Shown one piece after another: positions 9,999-21,276 of a stretch of DNA of 64,000 bases (within the stretch, counting starts at the first letter, position 1; every line of letters starts with the position of its first letter). Location: NCBI GenBank assembly GCA_963665235.2, contig CAXXLX010000001.1:896001-960000 (forward strand). The letters run 5' to 3'. Source of the DNA: Candidatus Poribacteria bacterium. Its GTDB lineage: Bacteria; Poribacteria; WGA-4E; WGA-3G. The notes beneath the pieces are model-generated. The model worked only from the letters and a program-made list of their open reading frames with translations. It was not told where the DNA came from and ran no database searches. The translations under genes and the position numbers were made by a program.

Positions 9999-10424
9999 AT
10001 GAAATTTCTTTTGAAAAAACATGTCAATATCCTTCTGATATGCCTACTTATCTATTTCGCCGTAATTCCGATGCAGCTATCCAATTATGTTTTGTGCATC
10101 GGTGAGGATGGGCATATTGAAGTTGAAGCTGCAACCCATGGTCGCTGCTGCCCCGACGCGCGTGCTGCGCATACGGAAATTGCGACAGAGCAAGACCACT
10201 GTGGAGCATGCGTTGACCTCCCTATCTTTTCCTCCTTAAATACCGAACAATACGTCGTCTCTTCGGAACACGCGGCGGCACACGACTCCGTTTGCACATC
10301 AGCTGTGCTCATCACACACCAGCCCGGTGTTTCTCCGACTTTACCCGTTACACCCCTTTTGACGCGCCCCGCGTTCATTAACCCGAAACTCATTTCCCTT
10401 CGGACCGTTATTCTCCTCATTTAG
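9999..10424 (+). CDS. Small Cys/His-rich protein preceding the metal efflux genes (CzcI-like position)
   Basis: N-terminal hydrophobic segment, VLCIGEDGH, CC, HCGACVDLP, C-terminal LRTVILLI. Confidence 0.6.
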   Translation: MKFLLKKHVNILLICLLIYFAVIPMQLSNYVLCIGEDGHIEVEAATHGRCCPDARAAHTEIATEQDHCGACVDLPIFSSLNTEQYVVSSEHAAAHDSVCTSAVLITHQPGVSPTLPVTPLLTRPAFINPKLISLRTVILLI

Positions 10425-10544
10425 TTTTCTAGTAGTCTTCAGTTATCAGTTAAAAGAAACCTTTGATGAATCAAATATCTTTTACCCGAACCCTGATAAC
10501 TGCTAACCGATAACTATAAAACTAACAAAGGAGTTTAACATCTC

Positions 10545-11813
10545 ATGAAAATCAGATTGAATATCATCTGCGCGATAGTGGGGTTATGCCTTGTTTTACC
10601 AATAACCGCTGTCGCTGCAGAACATGAAGAAATTAATCTTGAGGGTGCAATCCAGACGGCTTTGCGCGAAAACCTGAGTATGCGCGTGATTCGTGAAAAA
10701 GTGAAGGTTGCACAAGCCCAAATCGATGGCATTGCCCTGCTTGGTAACCCCGAATTGGAAACCGAGTTTGTCGGCGGGGCAGAAGGTGAACAAATCCTTG
10801 AATTGACAAAGTCTTTTCAGCTCGGCGGCCAACGGAGGCACCGGCAACGTATTGCCAAAACGCACCTTGAAAAGGTAAATGCTGAACTTGCCGAAGCCTC
10901 GCGCCTGCTTACGAAATCGGTAAAACTCACCTTTTATGCCCTAGTACTTGCCCAAGAAAAGCTCAAGTTAGCCAAAACACTCATTCAACACAACGAGCAG
11001 ATGCGTGACATTGCACAGCTCCAATTTGAAGCAGGCGATATTTCAGTGACGCAGGTCAATTTGGCGAACATTCAGTTGCAATCGGCACGGCGCGAAGCAG
11101 CAACATTAGAAAGCGAATTGGCACTGGCACAGCTTGAACTCAACGGTTTAATGGGTACCCCTCTTGAAGCCAAGCCTATCGCTGTTGGGGGGCTGCCTGA
11201 AAACATAGGAGCAGGCACGCTGAAAAAATTGACATTGCAAACCTTGACGAAACACGCTATAGCACACCGTGCCGACCTGAAAACACGGCACCTCAATGCA
11301 CAATTGACAGAGAGCGAACATCGCCTTGCAAAAGCGGTAAACATTCCGGACCTAGGGATTGGTGCGATTGCAGAACGCAGTGCCGGTGAGTATGCATTCG
11401 GTGTAAAGTTTTCAATACCGTTGCCAATTTTCGATCGGAATCGTGCCGACATTCATGCTGCAAAGGCACAGCAGCAGGTGGACGCAACCGAAATTCGCAG
11501 GACCGAGCGGCAAATTACACATGAAGTTATGGCGGCACTCCTTTCACTGAAGACCGCACAAAAAACGCGCACGTTTTATGAAGGCGATACGCTGAAGTTG
11601 CTCAATGAAAACCTTACGCTGACGCGCACCGCTTACGAACTAGGCGAAGCAGGTCTCTTAGAGGTTATATTGATGCAAAACGAATTTAGCAGAACGCAAT
11701 TTGCCTATCTGAACACGCTATCAACATACTGTAAGGCAGTGGCAGAGCTTGAAGCTGCTGTGGGTACATCTATTCACGCTCCGGCGCTTGCTCCTACCAA
11801 TGCGGAGGACTAA
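10545..11813 (+). CDS. czcC: TolC-family outer membrane efflux protein (CzcC-like)
   Basis: Signal peptide, NPELE, GGQRRHR, GDIS, SIPLPIFDRN, AYELGEAGLLEV. Confidence 0.82.
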   Translation: MKIRLNIICAIVGLCLVLPITAVAAEHEEINLEGAIQTALRENLSMRVIREKVKVAQAQIDGIALLGNPELETEFVGGAEGEQILELTKSFQLGGQRRHRQRIAKTHLEKVNAELAEASRLLTKSVKLTFYALVLAQEKLKLAKTLIQHNEQMRDIAQLQFEAGDISVTQVNLANIQLQSARREAATLESELALAQLELNGLMGTPLEAKPIAVGGLPENIGAGTLKKLTLQTLTKHAIAHRADLKTRHLNAQLTESEHRLAKAVNIPDLGIGAIAERSAGEYAFGVKFSIPLPIFDRNRADIHAAKAQQQVDATEIRRTERQITHEVMAALLSLKTAQKTRTFYEGDTLKLLNENLTLTRTAYELGEAGLLEVILMQNEFSRTQFAYLNTLSTYCKAVAELEAAVGTSIHAPALAPTNAED

Positions 11814-11815
11814 AA

Positions 11816-14261
11816 ATGTTACGTTATTTTTACAAAAAAAATGTAGGTCAGAACTACAGATATGCCATTGGGCTTGCTATTTCTGTTATAGCAATAGCCG
11901 GGCTGGCCTCACTGACCCTCATTTTCACAACCACCTGGGCTGAGGATACGCCTATCGATGAGGGCGAGGATGCCCCGCAGACACACGGAAATGTAAAAAA
12001 TACAGGGATGGTGACGCTGACCGATAAGGCAAAAGTGAACATCGATTTGAAAACTGACGAGGCGGATATTCGCGCTATTGAAAAGGTTACACAGGTTACA
12101 GGTAACGTCATCGCGCACCCCGGGCGACAAGCACGCGTCACGCCCAGAATAGGCGGTATCGTCCAACGCATCTACTTCCAAATGGGAGATTCGCTCAAAG
12201 CGGGGGATGTACTATTGGAATTGGAGAGCACGGCGTTGCAAATGCTACAGATTGACCTGATTGAAGCGGTGGCACAACAGAAATCTTTAGAGAATAAATT
12301 GACGAAATTGACAGAGGTTTTCGCAAAGCAGATTCGTCGAGAATTACAAACTCGGCAAATTGATTACCTTCAATCGGTTGATGAACGCAAGGCACAGAAA
12401 ACGGCTCTGGACAAACATAAAACCTTGGCTATTGCGAAAACAACTTCCGCCTTAGAACAGATGCGTGCTGCACTTGCCACAGCGCACGTTGACCTCCGCC
12501 TGTTGGAAACAACGCTCAAGCGGACGAAATCCCTGACAGCGCAACGTATTTCCGCACAAAAGGAGTTGGTGGCGCAACAGGCAGCGTATACGAAAGCGAA
12601 AAACGCTTTCGCTGAGGCAAGACAGCAATTTCATCTCATCGGGGTTAGTGACGAGACGCTAGAAAAGATTCTGCACGACGGCGGCGAAACCCCTATCCTT
12701 TCACTTATAGGGCGGGTTGAAGGGACGGTCGCGAGCGAAGCTCGCTCCTACAGAAGGGACGGTCGCGAGCGAAGCTCGCTCCTACAGAGGAGAACCGGCA
12801 CAGGTCGCGAGCGAAGCTCGCTCCTACAGAGGAGAACCGGCACAGGTCGCGAGCGAAGCTCGCTCCTACAGAGGAGAACCGGCACAGGTCGCGAGCGAAG
12901 CTCGCTCCTACAGAGGAGAACCGGCACAGGTCGCGAGCGAAGCTCGCTCCTACAGAGGAGAACCGGCACAGGTCGCGAGCGAAGCTCGCTCCTACAGAGG
13001 AGAACCGGCACAGGTCGCGAGCGAAGCTCGCTCCTACAGAGGAGAACCGGCACAGGTCGCGAGCGAAGCTCGCTCCTACAGAGGAGAACCGGCACAGGTC
13101 GCGAGCGAAGCTCGCTCCTACAGAGGAGAACCGGCACAGGTCGCGAGCGAAGCTCGCTCCTACAGAGGAGAACCGGCACAGGTCGCGAGCGAAGCTCGCT
13201 CCTACAGAGGAGAACCGGCACAGGTCGCGAGCGAAGCTCGCTCCTACAGAGGAGAGGACGAGCAGCTCGAGAACTCCGATGCACCGCACCCCGCCTTGCA
13301 GTACGTCACGCTTATTGATGAGGCGACCGATTTGGTCGATGCGGAAGCCGCATACAGAACCGCTATTATCAAGGTTGATGCTAACAGGCAGCGGGCATTG
13401 GCATCAGGTCTTACGGAAGTGCTTCTAAAAAACCTTGTGCACACTGGCAAAATTAAGTCTTTTGAGGATGTGCCGCACAGAAAACTGATTGACAATTACC
13501 TTGCTGTTGTGGAAAGCACGGAGGCGTTAGAGGGGCTGCTCCAAATAGAGGAAGCTATTCGGAGTGCGGACATAACCTTGAACAAGATTCAGCAACAACT
13601 TCAGGTGTCCGGACTCACACAAGCAGCTATAGAAAAAATTATGCAAACGGCACAACCGATTAAAACGTTCTATATCACAGCTCCCGCCGCTGGAAAAATC
13701 GTCCAGCAACAGGTAACCCTCGGGGCTACCGTTGAAAAAAACGATACGCTCTTCTCACTCTTGGATACAAGCACAGTGTGGATTGAAGGCGACGCTTACG
13801 AAGACACGTTACCACTTATTTCGGTTGGGAGCGAAGTCCGCATTCGCGTGCCAGCGTATCCGGAGGAGACGTTCATAGGCAAGATTTCAAAAATTTCATC
13901 GGTTATGAACCCGGAGAAACGGACAGCTCACTTCTACACAGAGGTCAGCAATCCTGACGACAAGCTGAAACCGGGTATGTTTGCTGAACAGACAGTTGTC
14001 ATTGAAAGATTAGACGACGTTTTGACGGTGCCCTTGCGTGCACTACTCATAGAGGGGACCACACAGTTTGTTTTCGTTGAAATAGGCAACACGTACATCA
14101 AACATGAAGTTGAGGTGGGGGCAAAGGATGACCGGTACGTTGAAATCAAAGACGGTTTATTGGCAGGTGAACGTGTCGTTGTCCAGGGCGGATATCAACT
14201 GATGCAAACCGCAGCAGGTACATCAGACGTTATTGACCCCCATGCAGGACATAATCATTAA
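11816..14261 (+). pseudogene. czcB: RND efflux periplasmic adaptor (CzcB/CusB-like) interrupted by a REP tandem array and frameshift
   Basis: N-half has VTPRIGGIV...GD.LKAGDVL; C-half has ITAPAAGKI, VWIEG, LKPGMF, GLLAGERVVVQG, HAGHNH; frame changes at a 34-bp duplication near 12719-12786. Confidence 0.78.
12727..13255. repeat. Tandem array of 13 GTAG-REP palindromes (ggtcgcgagcgaagctcgctcctaca), 42-bp period
   Basis: First spacing is 34 bp, then identical 42-bp units; reverse strand reads TGTAGGAGCGAGCTTCGCTCGCGA. Confidence 0.92.
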
Positions 14262-14287
14262 GCTGACCGCGATAAGGAGAAAAAGGA

Positions 14288-17200
14288 ATGTGGTCAAAAA
14301 TAACGGAGGGCTCACTCCGGAATAGACTTCTTGTGATTTGCGGTATCATTGCTGCAAGTATTATCGGGTTCAGGATGTTTCAATCCGCCCCGATCGACGT
14401 GTATCCTGACATAAATCCGCCCCGGATTACCGTGCTAACAGAGGCACACGGTTGGTCCCCGGAGGAGATGGAAACCCTCGTCACATTGCCGATTGAAAGC
14501 GCTATGAACGGTGCCCCGGATGTCACACGTGTTAGGTCTTCGTCAGCGATAGGTTTATCGTTGATTTTTGTTGAGTTTGAATGGGGTATGGATATTTTTC
14601 TCGCGCGGCAGATGGTCTCGGAACGGCTTCAACTCGTTGCACCAAATTTGCCGGAGGGGGTTGACGCGCCGATTATCTTACCTACCTCTTCCCTGCTCGG
14701 GGAGATTGTGGAATACGCGCTCGTTGATGAAAGAGCAGAAAACGGCAACGAAGATGGCCCCAAACCGCTCGGGCCGATGGAGATGCGCGACCTAGCGGAT
14801 TGGGTCGTTCGATATCGACTTCAGTCTCAGGAGGGGTATCGCTAATGTGATAAACATTGGCGGGTATGTGAAGCAATTTCAGGTCTTCGTCAACCCCGAA
14901 CGTTTGATCAGCTACGGCATTTCACTAGAGGATGTCGCTCATGCCCTGCGCGCAGAAACACCATCGTTCAAAAAGCAATGAGAACGCGGCAGGCGGTTTT
15001 CTTATTAAGGATAGTCGTGAATTGATGATTCGGGGGTTAGGCAGAATTGCCACGGTCGCCGACATTGAAAACGTCGTCATCGATGTACGCGGTATGAGCA
15101 CGCCTATCCTTGTGAAAGACATCGCCACGGTGAAAATCGGGTCGCTTCCCGAAATTCGGCGCGGAGCGGGAAGCCTCAACGGAAAAGAGACTGTCTTAGG
15201 GAAGGTCGTCAAGCAACCGGGTATCAATACCCTAAGCCTCAGCGATAAAGTGGTTTCGGAGTTGGACGCATTGGAGAAGACGCTACCGGAGGGTGTAAAG
15301 GTTAAAGTTGAGTATGCCCAAGCCGAGCTGATTCGCCGCGCTGTGGATACTGTCAAAGATGCCTTACGCGAGGGGGCAATTCTCGTCGTTATCGTGCTGG
15401 TTATTTTTCTTTTCAACATTCGCACTGCGTTGATTACACTTACCGCTATCCCGCTATCCCTGATTATTGCAGTCATTGTGCTCCTTTGGCAAGGGGGCAC
15501 TCTCAACATCATGACACTTGCTGGCTTAGCAATTGCTGTCGGGATGGTGGTTGACGATGCAATCGTCTATGTAGAAAACATCTTTCGGCGATTGCAGGAG
15601 TATTTTCATCGCCGTGAAGTAGCTCGGATTGAACAAACAGAAATCCAACAACATGAAACACCCATGCAGGTGGTAACACGGGCAAGCGATGAAATGCGTG
15701 TCTCGATCGTTTTTGCAACGTTGATTATCATCCTCGTTTTTCTGCCGTTGTTCAGCCTCAGCGGTATTGAGGGCAGAATGTTTCGACCCCTCGGCTGGAC
15801 TGTTGTTATTTCTATGGCGGCATCGCTGTTCGTTGCCTTAACAGTCGTGCCGGTTTTAAGCGACCTGCTGCTTGCACGGGTCAGAGATATACCGTTGCGA
15901 ACTGAACAGTATGAAAAGCGTGGTGTATTTACAGGGATTAAACGTCTTTACAACGGTTTCCGCAATATGGTGGTACGCTGGCGGATGTTTGTTGTCGCAT
16001 TGGCACCCGATTCCGACACGGAGACAGCCTTGACGTTGCAGCCTGTCGTTATGTGGATTAAACGCGCCTATCGTCCTATTCTCTCGGTAGCGATACGATT
16101 ACGTTGGGTAGTCGTAATAATTGCACTACTGTTAGTGGTCATAACGGTCGCAGCCCTTCCCTATTTGGGACGCGAATTTTTGCCTGTCATGGATGAAGCC
16201 ACATTCACTATCAGCGTCTTTTCACCTCCGGGCACCTCGCTCGGAGAATCCACACGTATCGGCCGTGAGATGGAAAGACGGTTGCTAGAAATTCCCGAAG
16301 TGACCAGCGTTAGCAGCCGGACCGGACGTGCGGAAGCCGATGAACATGCACATGATGTCAACACACACGATATCGTCGTAAACTTCATTCCGCCCGATGT
16401 CCGCGAAAAAACACGCGAAGAGCTACTTGCCGAAGTCCGTCAACTGCTCTCCCCCGAAAACTTTCCGGGGGTGGTTGTCTCCGTCGGGCAGCCCATTCAA
16501 CACCGCTTGGACTACCTTTTGTCGGGGGTCAGCGCGCAAGTTGCCTTGAAACTCTTTGGGCCGGACCTCGACACACTCCGTCAGAAAGCGGAAGAGATTA
16601 AAACTGTCATGGCCGGAATTGAGGGGGTAGCCGATTTGCAGGTTGAACAACAGGTCCAGATTGAACAGCTTCAGATTCAGGTTAAACGCCTTGAAGCGGC
16701 ACGACACGGTTTGCGCGTTGAAGACATAACACACTTTGCAGAAGCGGCTTTTAAAGGGGAGACAGTCAGCCAAATTATCCAGGGACAACGCCAATATAAC
16801 CTCGTCATTCGGTTTGACCCAACCCTTGTTAGTAGTGTTGAATCTATCGGTAGTCTGAAACTCCGAACGCCTTCAGGGACGTTCGTTCCACTAGAACAGG
16901 TTGCCGATGTCAGCATCGGTTACGGTCCAAATACTATCAATCGGGAGAACGTCTCTCGGCGGATTGTAGTTCAGTGTAATGTTCAGGACCGGGACCTCGG
17001 CAATTTTATTGCCGAAGTTCAACAGGAAATACGCGCACATATTGACCTGCCCGAATCCTATTTCCTGAAATACGAGGGGCAGTTTGAAAGTCAACAGAGT
17101 GCCCAAAAACGGATTTTAATTCAGAGCGGTTTCGTGCTTGTCGGAATATGTCTTCTGTTGTATCTCGCGATGGGGTCAATACGGCTTTCCATCCTAGTCA

Positions 17201-17619
17201 TGTTGAACTTGCCGCTCGCGTTAATCGGTGGTATTATCAGTGTATTCTTGACCGGTGGCGTGTTGAGTATTCCATCCATGGTGGGGTTCATACTACTGTT
17301 CGGCATTGCTGTGCGAAACGGCATCATCTTGGTTTCACATATTAATACACTTCGTTCAGAAGGAATGCCGCTCTATGACGCTGTGATGAAGGGCGCAGCG
17401 GAGCGTATTAGTCCTGTGCTAATGACAGCACTAACGACAGGCTTAGGGATGTTGCCACTGGCACTCGCCCACGGTTCCGGGGCGGAATTGCAGAAACCGC
17501 TTGCAATCGTTATCAGTGGTGGAATGATTACTGCAACGCTCTTAACACTGCTCGTCTTGCCCGCGTTGTACTATATTGTTGAAAAACGGGGGCCAGATGA
17601 AAACCTCGTGGAATCGTAA
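14288..17619 (+). pseudogene. czcA: Heavy-metal RND efflux permease (CzcA/CusA family), frameshifted near 14835 and 14960 (possible assembly error)
   Basis: PIDVYPDI, GMVVDDAIVYVEN, G.EGRMFRPL, GIAVRNGII, RISPVLMTA; linker GIANVINIGGYVKQFQV lies in a third frame. Confidence 0.82.
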
Positions 17620-17628
17620 AACGTTTAT

Positions 17629-17886
17629 GGGTGTGTAAAGTTTTAGTCATAATGATAGATGGAAGGATGGAAGAGTGGAAGGATGGAAGAGTGGAAGGAT
17701 GGAAGGATGGATTTCGCGTGTGTGTTGTCAGAATCGCGGATTGCACAGAGGACACGAAAGGCGCGGATTTTAAGACGAGTGGGCATCACGGAATGGGCAA
17801 TGAATTGCCCTACTATAGGAGCGGGAAACCGTTTGCCCGAATACTGAACGGTCTTCGGTTAACTTGTACGAAAACTTTGTGCACTC
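17629..17886. mobile_element. Degenerate MITE of the GGGTGTGTAAAG family with GGAAG microsatellite
   Basis: Left end matches 61693; degenerate right TIR gtacgaaaactttgtgcactc; flanked by aaacgtttat / aagcgtttat (near-perfect duplication). Confidence 0.65.
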
Positions 17887-17974
17887 AAGCGTTTATCATA
17901 ATTTTGCAATTCTTGCGTAAACATGGTATAATAACAACAGATGTTAAATCTATTATTGAAGCGAGGGAATAACG

Positions 17975-18742
17975 ATGAAACGCGCACACTTCTATAGTAT
18001 CATGTTTGTGGCTCTAGTGCTTATCGTCGGTGTGAGCACGCTAAGTGTCGCAGAAATGAAAAGCTTGAGGCTAGAAATCTCCGATTACGTCAGCAATACG
18101 GATGCCAGAAAAATACGGCGACTGTTGGCACCGTGGGCGGATGCCAAAGATATCAGCTTCCACACGCCTGTTGACAAAAAAGGTAGAAAACGACTTTTCG
18201 CAACCGTTGTCGAAGTCAAACCGAGACGAGGCGTTTCTAAATACAGCGAAACGCATGCATTTGATGTCTATGACATTATGCGACAGCTAAAGGATTCCCG
18301 GTTCCGAGGAAGACACGGACTTGGACAGGTCCGTATTCTTAAAACGGAGGCAACGATTCAAGGGACCGTGTTTACATACCCTGGCCTTTCACGCAGCCAT
18401 ATCAATGGGGTACCCGGATGGGCACTTTGGGGACGTGAAACGTCTCAACTGCTCCACGCCCTCCAAGCTGAGGGAAGCGGCCAAAAATTTGTTTTCACCG
18501 AATCTCCCGAATTCGATCGGTTGCGAATGGATATTGCAAAAGGCAATAATAAAACCGTTGAAGTGAAGGGCAGAGTTGTTGGATTTGACGGCCCCTACCC
18601 GATTGTATCGGTTACCAGCTACAAATTGGCACCCCGCGTTAACAGGATGGGTGCACCCGCGCAGGAACAGCCGAGGCTGCCGAACGAAAAACGTGATACG
18701 GAACAGAAACCGAAATACGACTATATTGAAGAGGACCGATAG
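17975..18742 (+). CDS. Secreted hypothetical protein
   Basis: Signal peptide, 255-aa ORF, TGGTATAAT extended -10 upstream; no family recognised. Confidence 0.65.
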   Translation: MKRAHFYSIMFVALVLIVGVSTLSVAEMKSLRLEISDYVSNTDARKIRRLLAPWADAKDISFHTPVDKKGRKRLFATVVEVKPRRGVSKYSETHAFDVYDIMRQLKDSRFRGRHGLGQVRILKTEATIQGTVFTYPGLSRSHINGVPGWALWGRETSQLLHALQAEGSGQKFVFTESPEFDRLRMDIAKGNNKTVEVKGRVVGFDGPYPIVSVTSYKLAPRVNRMGAPAQEQPRLPNEKRDTEQKPKYDYIEEDR

Positions 18743-18762
18743 GGCAGTGATTTAACTGTACA

Positions 18763-19040
18763 CTAAACTTTGGACAATTTTAGGGGTGTCCGGTTTTTGT
18801 CAAAGGGATAAATGGAAGGGTGGAAGGGTGGAAGGGTGGATTTCGCGTGTGTTATCTGAATCGCGGATTACACAGATCTCGCGGATTTTAAATTGGCAAT
18901 TAGCAGGCGATTGGCAAGAGCAAGAGGGGTTTGACGCGCGGCAGAGATATGCTTAGCATCACAACCTTCTTGCTAAAAGCCATAAGCCAATAGCCAACAG
19001 CCAACATGCTATAAACATACCGCCCCGCTGGGGCTGCGCT
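18763..19040. repeat. Composite repeat / partial MITE (CTAAACTTTGGACAATTT left end)
   Basis: Left TIR identical to 9092; body homologous to 2348-2910; ends with a ccgccccgctggggct palindrome; no right TIR seen. Confidence 0.7.
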
Positions 19041-19095
19041 TTCGCACATCCTATTCTATTTTTCTATTATAGGACTTACGCAAATACAGGGCCTT

Positions 19096-20067
19096 ATGGA
19101 AAAATACGTCAACAAAATCATTCACGGCGATTGTATAGAAATTATGCAGGCGATTCCGCCAAACAGCATTGACGTGACATTTGCCGACCCGCCCTTCAAC
19201 CTGAAAAAGAGATACGGGACTTACAAAGACGAAAAGGAGACTGACGACTATCTCAATTGGTGTAAGCAATGGCTCATGGAAATGGTGAGAATCACTAAAC
19301 CGAGCGGCTCCATTTTTGTTCACAATATCCCCAAATGGTTACTCCATTATGCAGGTTACCTAAACGAAGTCGCAGATTTTCGGCATTGGATTGCATGGGA
19401 TGCCCCAACCGCTCCGATGGGTAAAACCTTGCAACCGTCGCATTACGGCATCCTGTTCTACGCGAAAAATCAGCAGGAAAACAAATTTTACGAAATCCGC
19501 TATCCGCATAAACGGTGCCGAAAATGTGGATATCTATTGAAGGACTACGGCGGGAAAAAGAAAATTTTGCATCCCTTTGGCCCCCTCGTTTCCGATGTCT
19601 GGTCGGATATTCATCGCATCCGTCATAATAAACATCGGGACCCGCATCCGTGTCAACTCCCTATTCACCTCTTAGAACGTCTCATTTTAATGAGCACAGA
19701 CGAAGGGGATATAATTTTGGATCCGTTTATGGGAACCGGCACAACAGCCGTTGCGGCAGCAAGATTAGGAAGAAAAGTTATAGGTATAGATTTGGACCCC
19801 CAATATGTAGAAATCACACAGCGGAAGTTAGCACAGGAGGTCCCAAATTCTAAGATTGGCGATATATGGGTGAGCTTCCACCGCGGTGAAATCATCACAA
19901 TTGCTGACAAAGATTGGGAGTCGCTGAAGGCACATTTTGTGATTCCAGAAGACATTCGGCGTATCGATTTTGAAAAAATTAAAACCGGCGGGGCAGTAGT
20001 AGCAACGACACCTCAAACGCCACAACTCCACTTAGGCATCCAAGAGGAAAAATGCGATTGTTATTAG
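19096..20067 (+). CDS. Site-specific DNA methyltransferase (N4-C/N6-A, beta class)
   Basis: IHGDC, catalytic DPPF before SAM-binding LDPFMGTGTT, HPCQLP. Confidence 0.9.
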   Translation: MEKYVNKIIHGDCIEIMQAIPPNSIDVTFADPPFNLKKRYGTYKDEKETDDYLNWCKQWLMEMVRITKPSGSIFVHNIPKWLLHYAGYLNEVADFRHWIAWDAPTAPMGKTLQPSHYGILFYAKNQQENKFYEIRYPHKRCRKCGYLLKDYGGKKKILHPFGPLVSDVWSDIHRIRHNKHRDPHPCQLPIHLLERLILMSTDEGDIILDPFMGTGTTAVAAARLGRKVIGIDLDPQYVEITQRKLAQEVPNSKIGDIWVSFHRGEIITIADKDWESLKAHFVIPEDIRRIDFEKIKTGGAVVATTPQTPQLHLGIQEEKCDCY

Positions 20068-20119
20068 GTAACATTCTTACACCATCCCGCTTAGAATTAA
20101 GCGTGCCCACAGGAATAAG

Positions 20120-21265
20120 CTAAAAACCACCCGTGTTGAATAAAACAACCTGCTCAGCAGGGTCAACCGTGCCATCCGTGACGAGTTGTTCAAGCGCGGC
20201 GACATTCGCTGCGCCTTCCGGACAGGTTAAAATACCTTCAGTTGTTGGCAGCAGCTGCATCGCTTCGCGGATAGCAGTGTCTGAAACAGTAATCGCTGCG
20301 CCGCCGCTCTCCCGAATTGCGGATAAAATGAGAAAATCGCCAATTGCTTGCGGTACGCGTAACCCACTGGCGATAGTTTGCGCGTCTTGCCAGGGGGCTG
20401 CAGCCGATTTACCCTCCTGCCACGCCTTGACAATCGGGGCACACCCTTCAGCCTGTACAGCGATGAACCGCGGTCTTTTCTTACCAATCCAACCGAGTGC
20501 TTCCAATTCCGCAAACCCTTTCCACATACCGACAATACCGGTCCCGCCTCCGGTGGGATAGATAATCACATCAGGCAATTGCCATCCGAACTGCTCAGCG
20601 AGTTCAAATCCCATCGTCTTTTTGCCCTCAACGCGGTAGGGCTCTTTTAGCGTTGAAACATCGAACCAGCCTGCTGCTTCTTTCCGTTCAGCGACAATTC
20701 TGCCTGCATCCGTAATTAAGCCATCAACCAGCGTAACGTTCGCACCTGCAAGCTGACACGTTTCCCGATTAAAGGCGGGTGCATCCTTCGGCATAAAGAT
20801 ATGTGCAGTGATACCGGCACAAGCGGCATAAACAGACAGTGCTGTTGCTGCATTGCCAGCAGAGGGTATCGCTAATTCGGTAATACCGAGTGCTTTCGCT
20901 TTAGAAACCGCCATCGCCAAGCCTCGCGCCTTGAAAGACCCGGTCGGCAAACGCGATTCGTCCTTTACCCACAGATTTGTCAGTCCGAACCGCGCGCCTA
21001 ACGTTTTCGCCTCAAGGAGCGGTGTCATTGTCTCACCGAGGGAAACAATGTGTGCGGAATCTTGAATAGGCAAGAGTTCGCTATAACGCCAGAGTGTCGG
21101 CGGTCTTGAGGCGATATGTTCCGGTGTCCATGTGCCAGCCAATTGTTCAAGCGCGTAGCGGGCAAACAGAGGTTTCCCACAGGAAGGACAGATGTTCTGG
21201 GGTACCGTGTGCGGATAGATGTTGCTGCAGCTGCTGCATTGTAGGTGTTGTATAGTGCTATTCAT
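20120..21265 (-). CDS. thrC: Threonine synthase
   Basis: LWRYSELLP, KDESRLPTGSFKARG (PLP lysine), PTGGGTG, FNTG. Confidence 0.85.
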   Translation of the reverse strand: MNSTIQHLQCSSCSNIYPHTVPQNICPSCGKPLFARYALEQLAGTWTPEHIASRPPTLWRYSELLPIQDSAHIVSLGETMTPLLEAKTLGARFGLTNLWVKDESRLPTGSFKARGLAMAVSKAKALGITELAIPSAGNAATALSVYAACAGITAHIFMPKDAPAFNRETCQLAGANVTLVDGLITDAGRIVAERKEAAGWFDVSTLKEPYRVEGKKTMGFELAEQFGWQLPDVIIYPTGGGTGIVGMWKGFAELEALGWIGKKRPRFIAVQAEGCAPIVKAWQEGKSAAAPWQDAQTIASGLRVPQAIGDFLILSAIRESGGAAITVSDTAIREAMQLLPTTEGILTCPEGAANVAALEQLVTDGTVDPAEQVVLFNTGGF

Positions 21266-21276
21266 ATCGGTGTATC

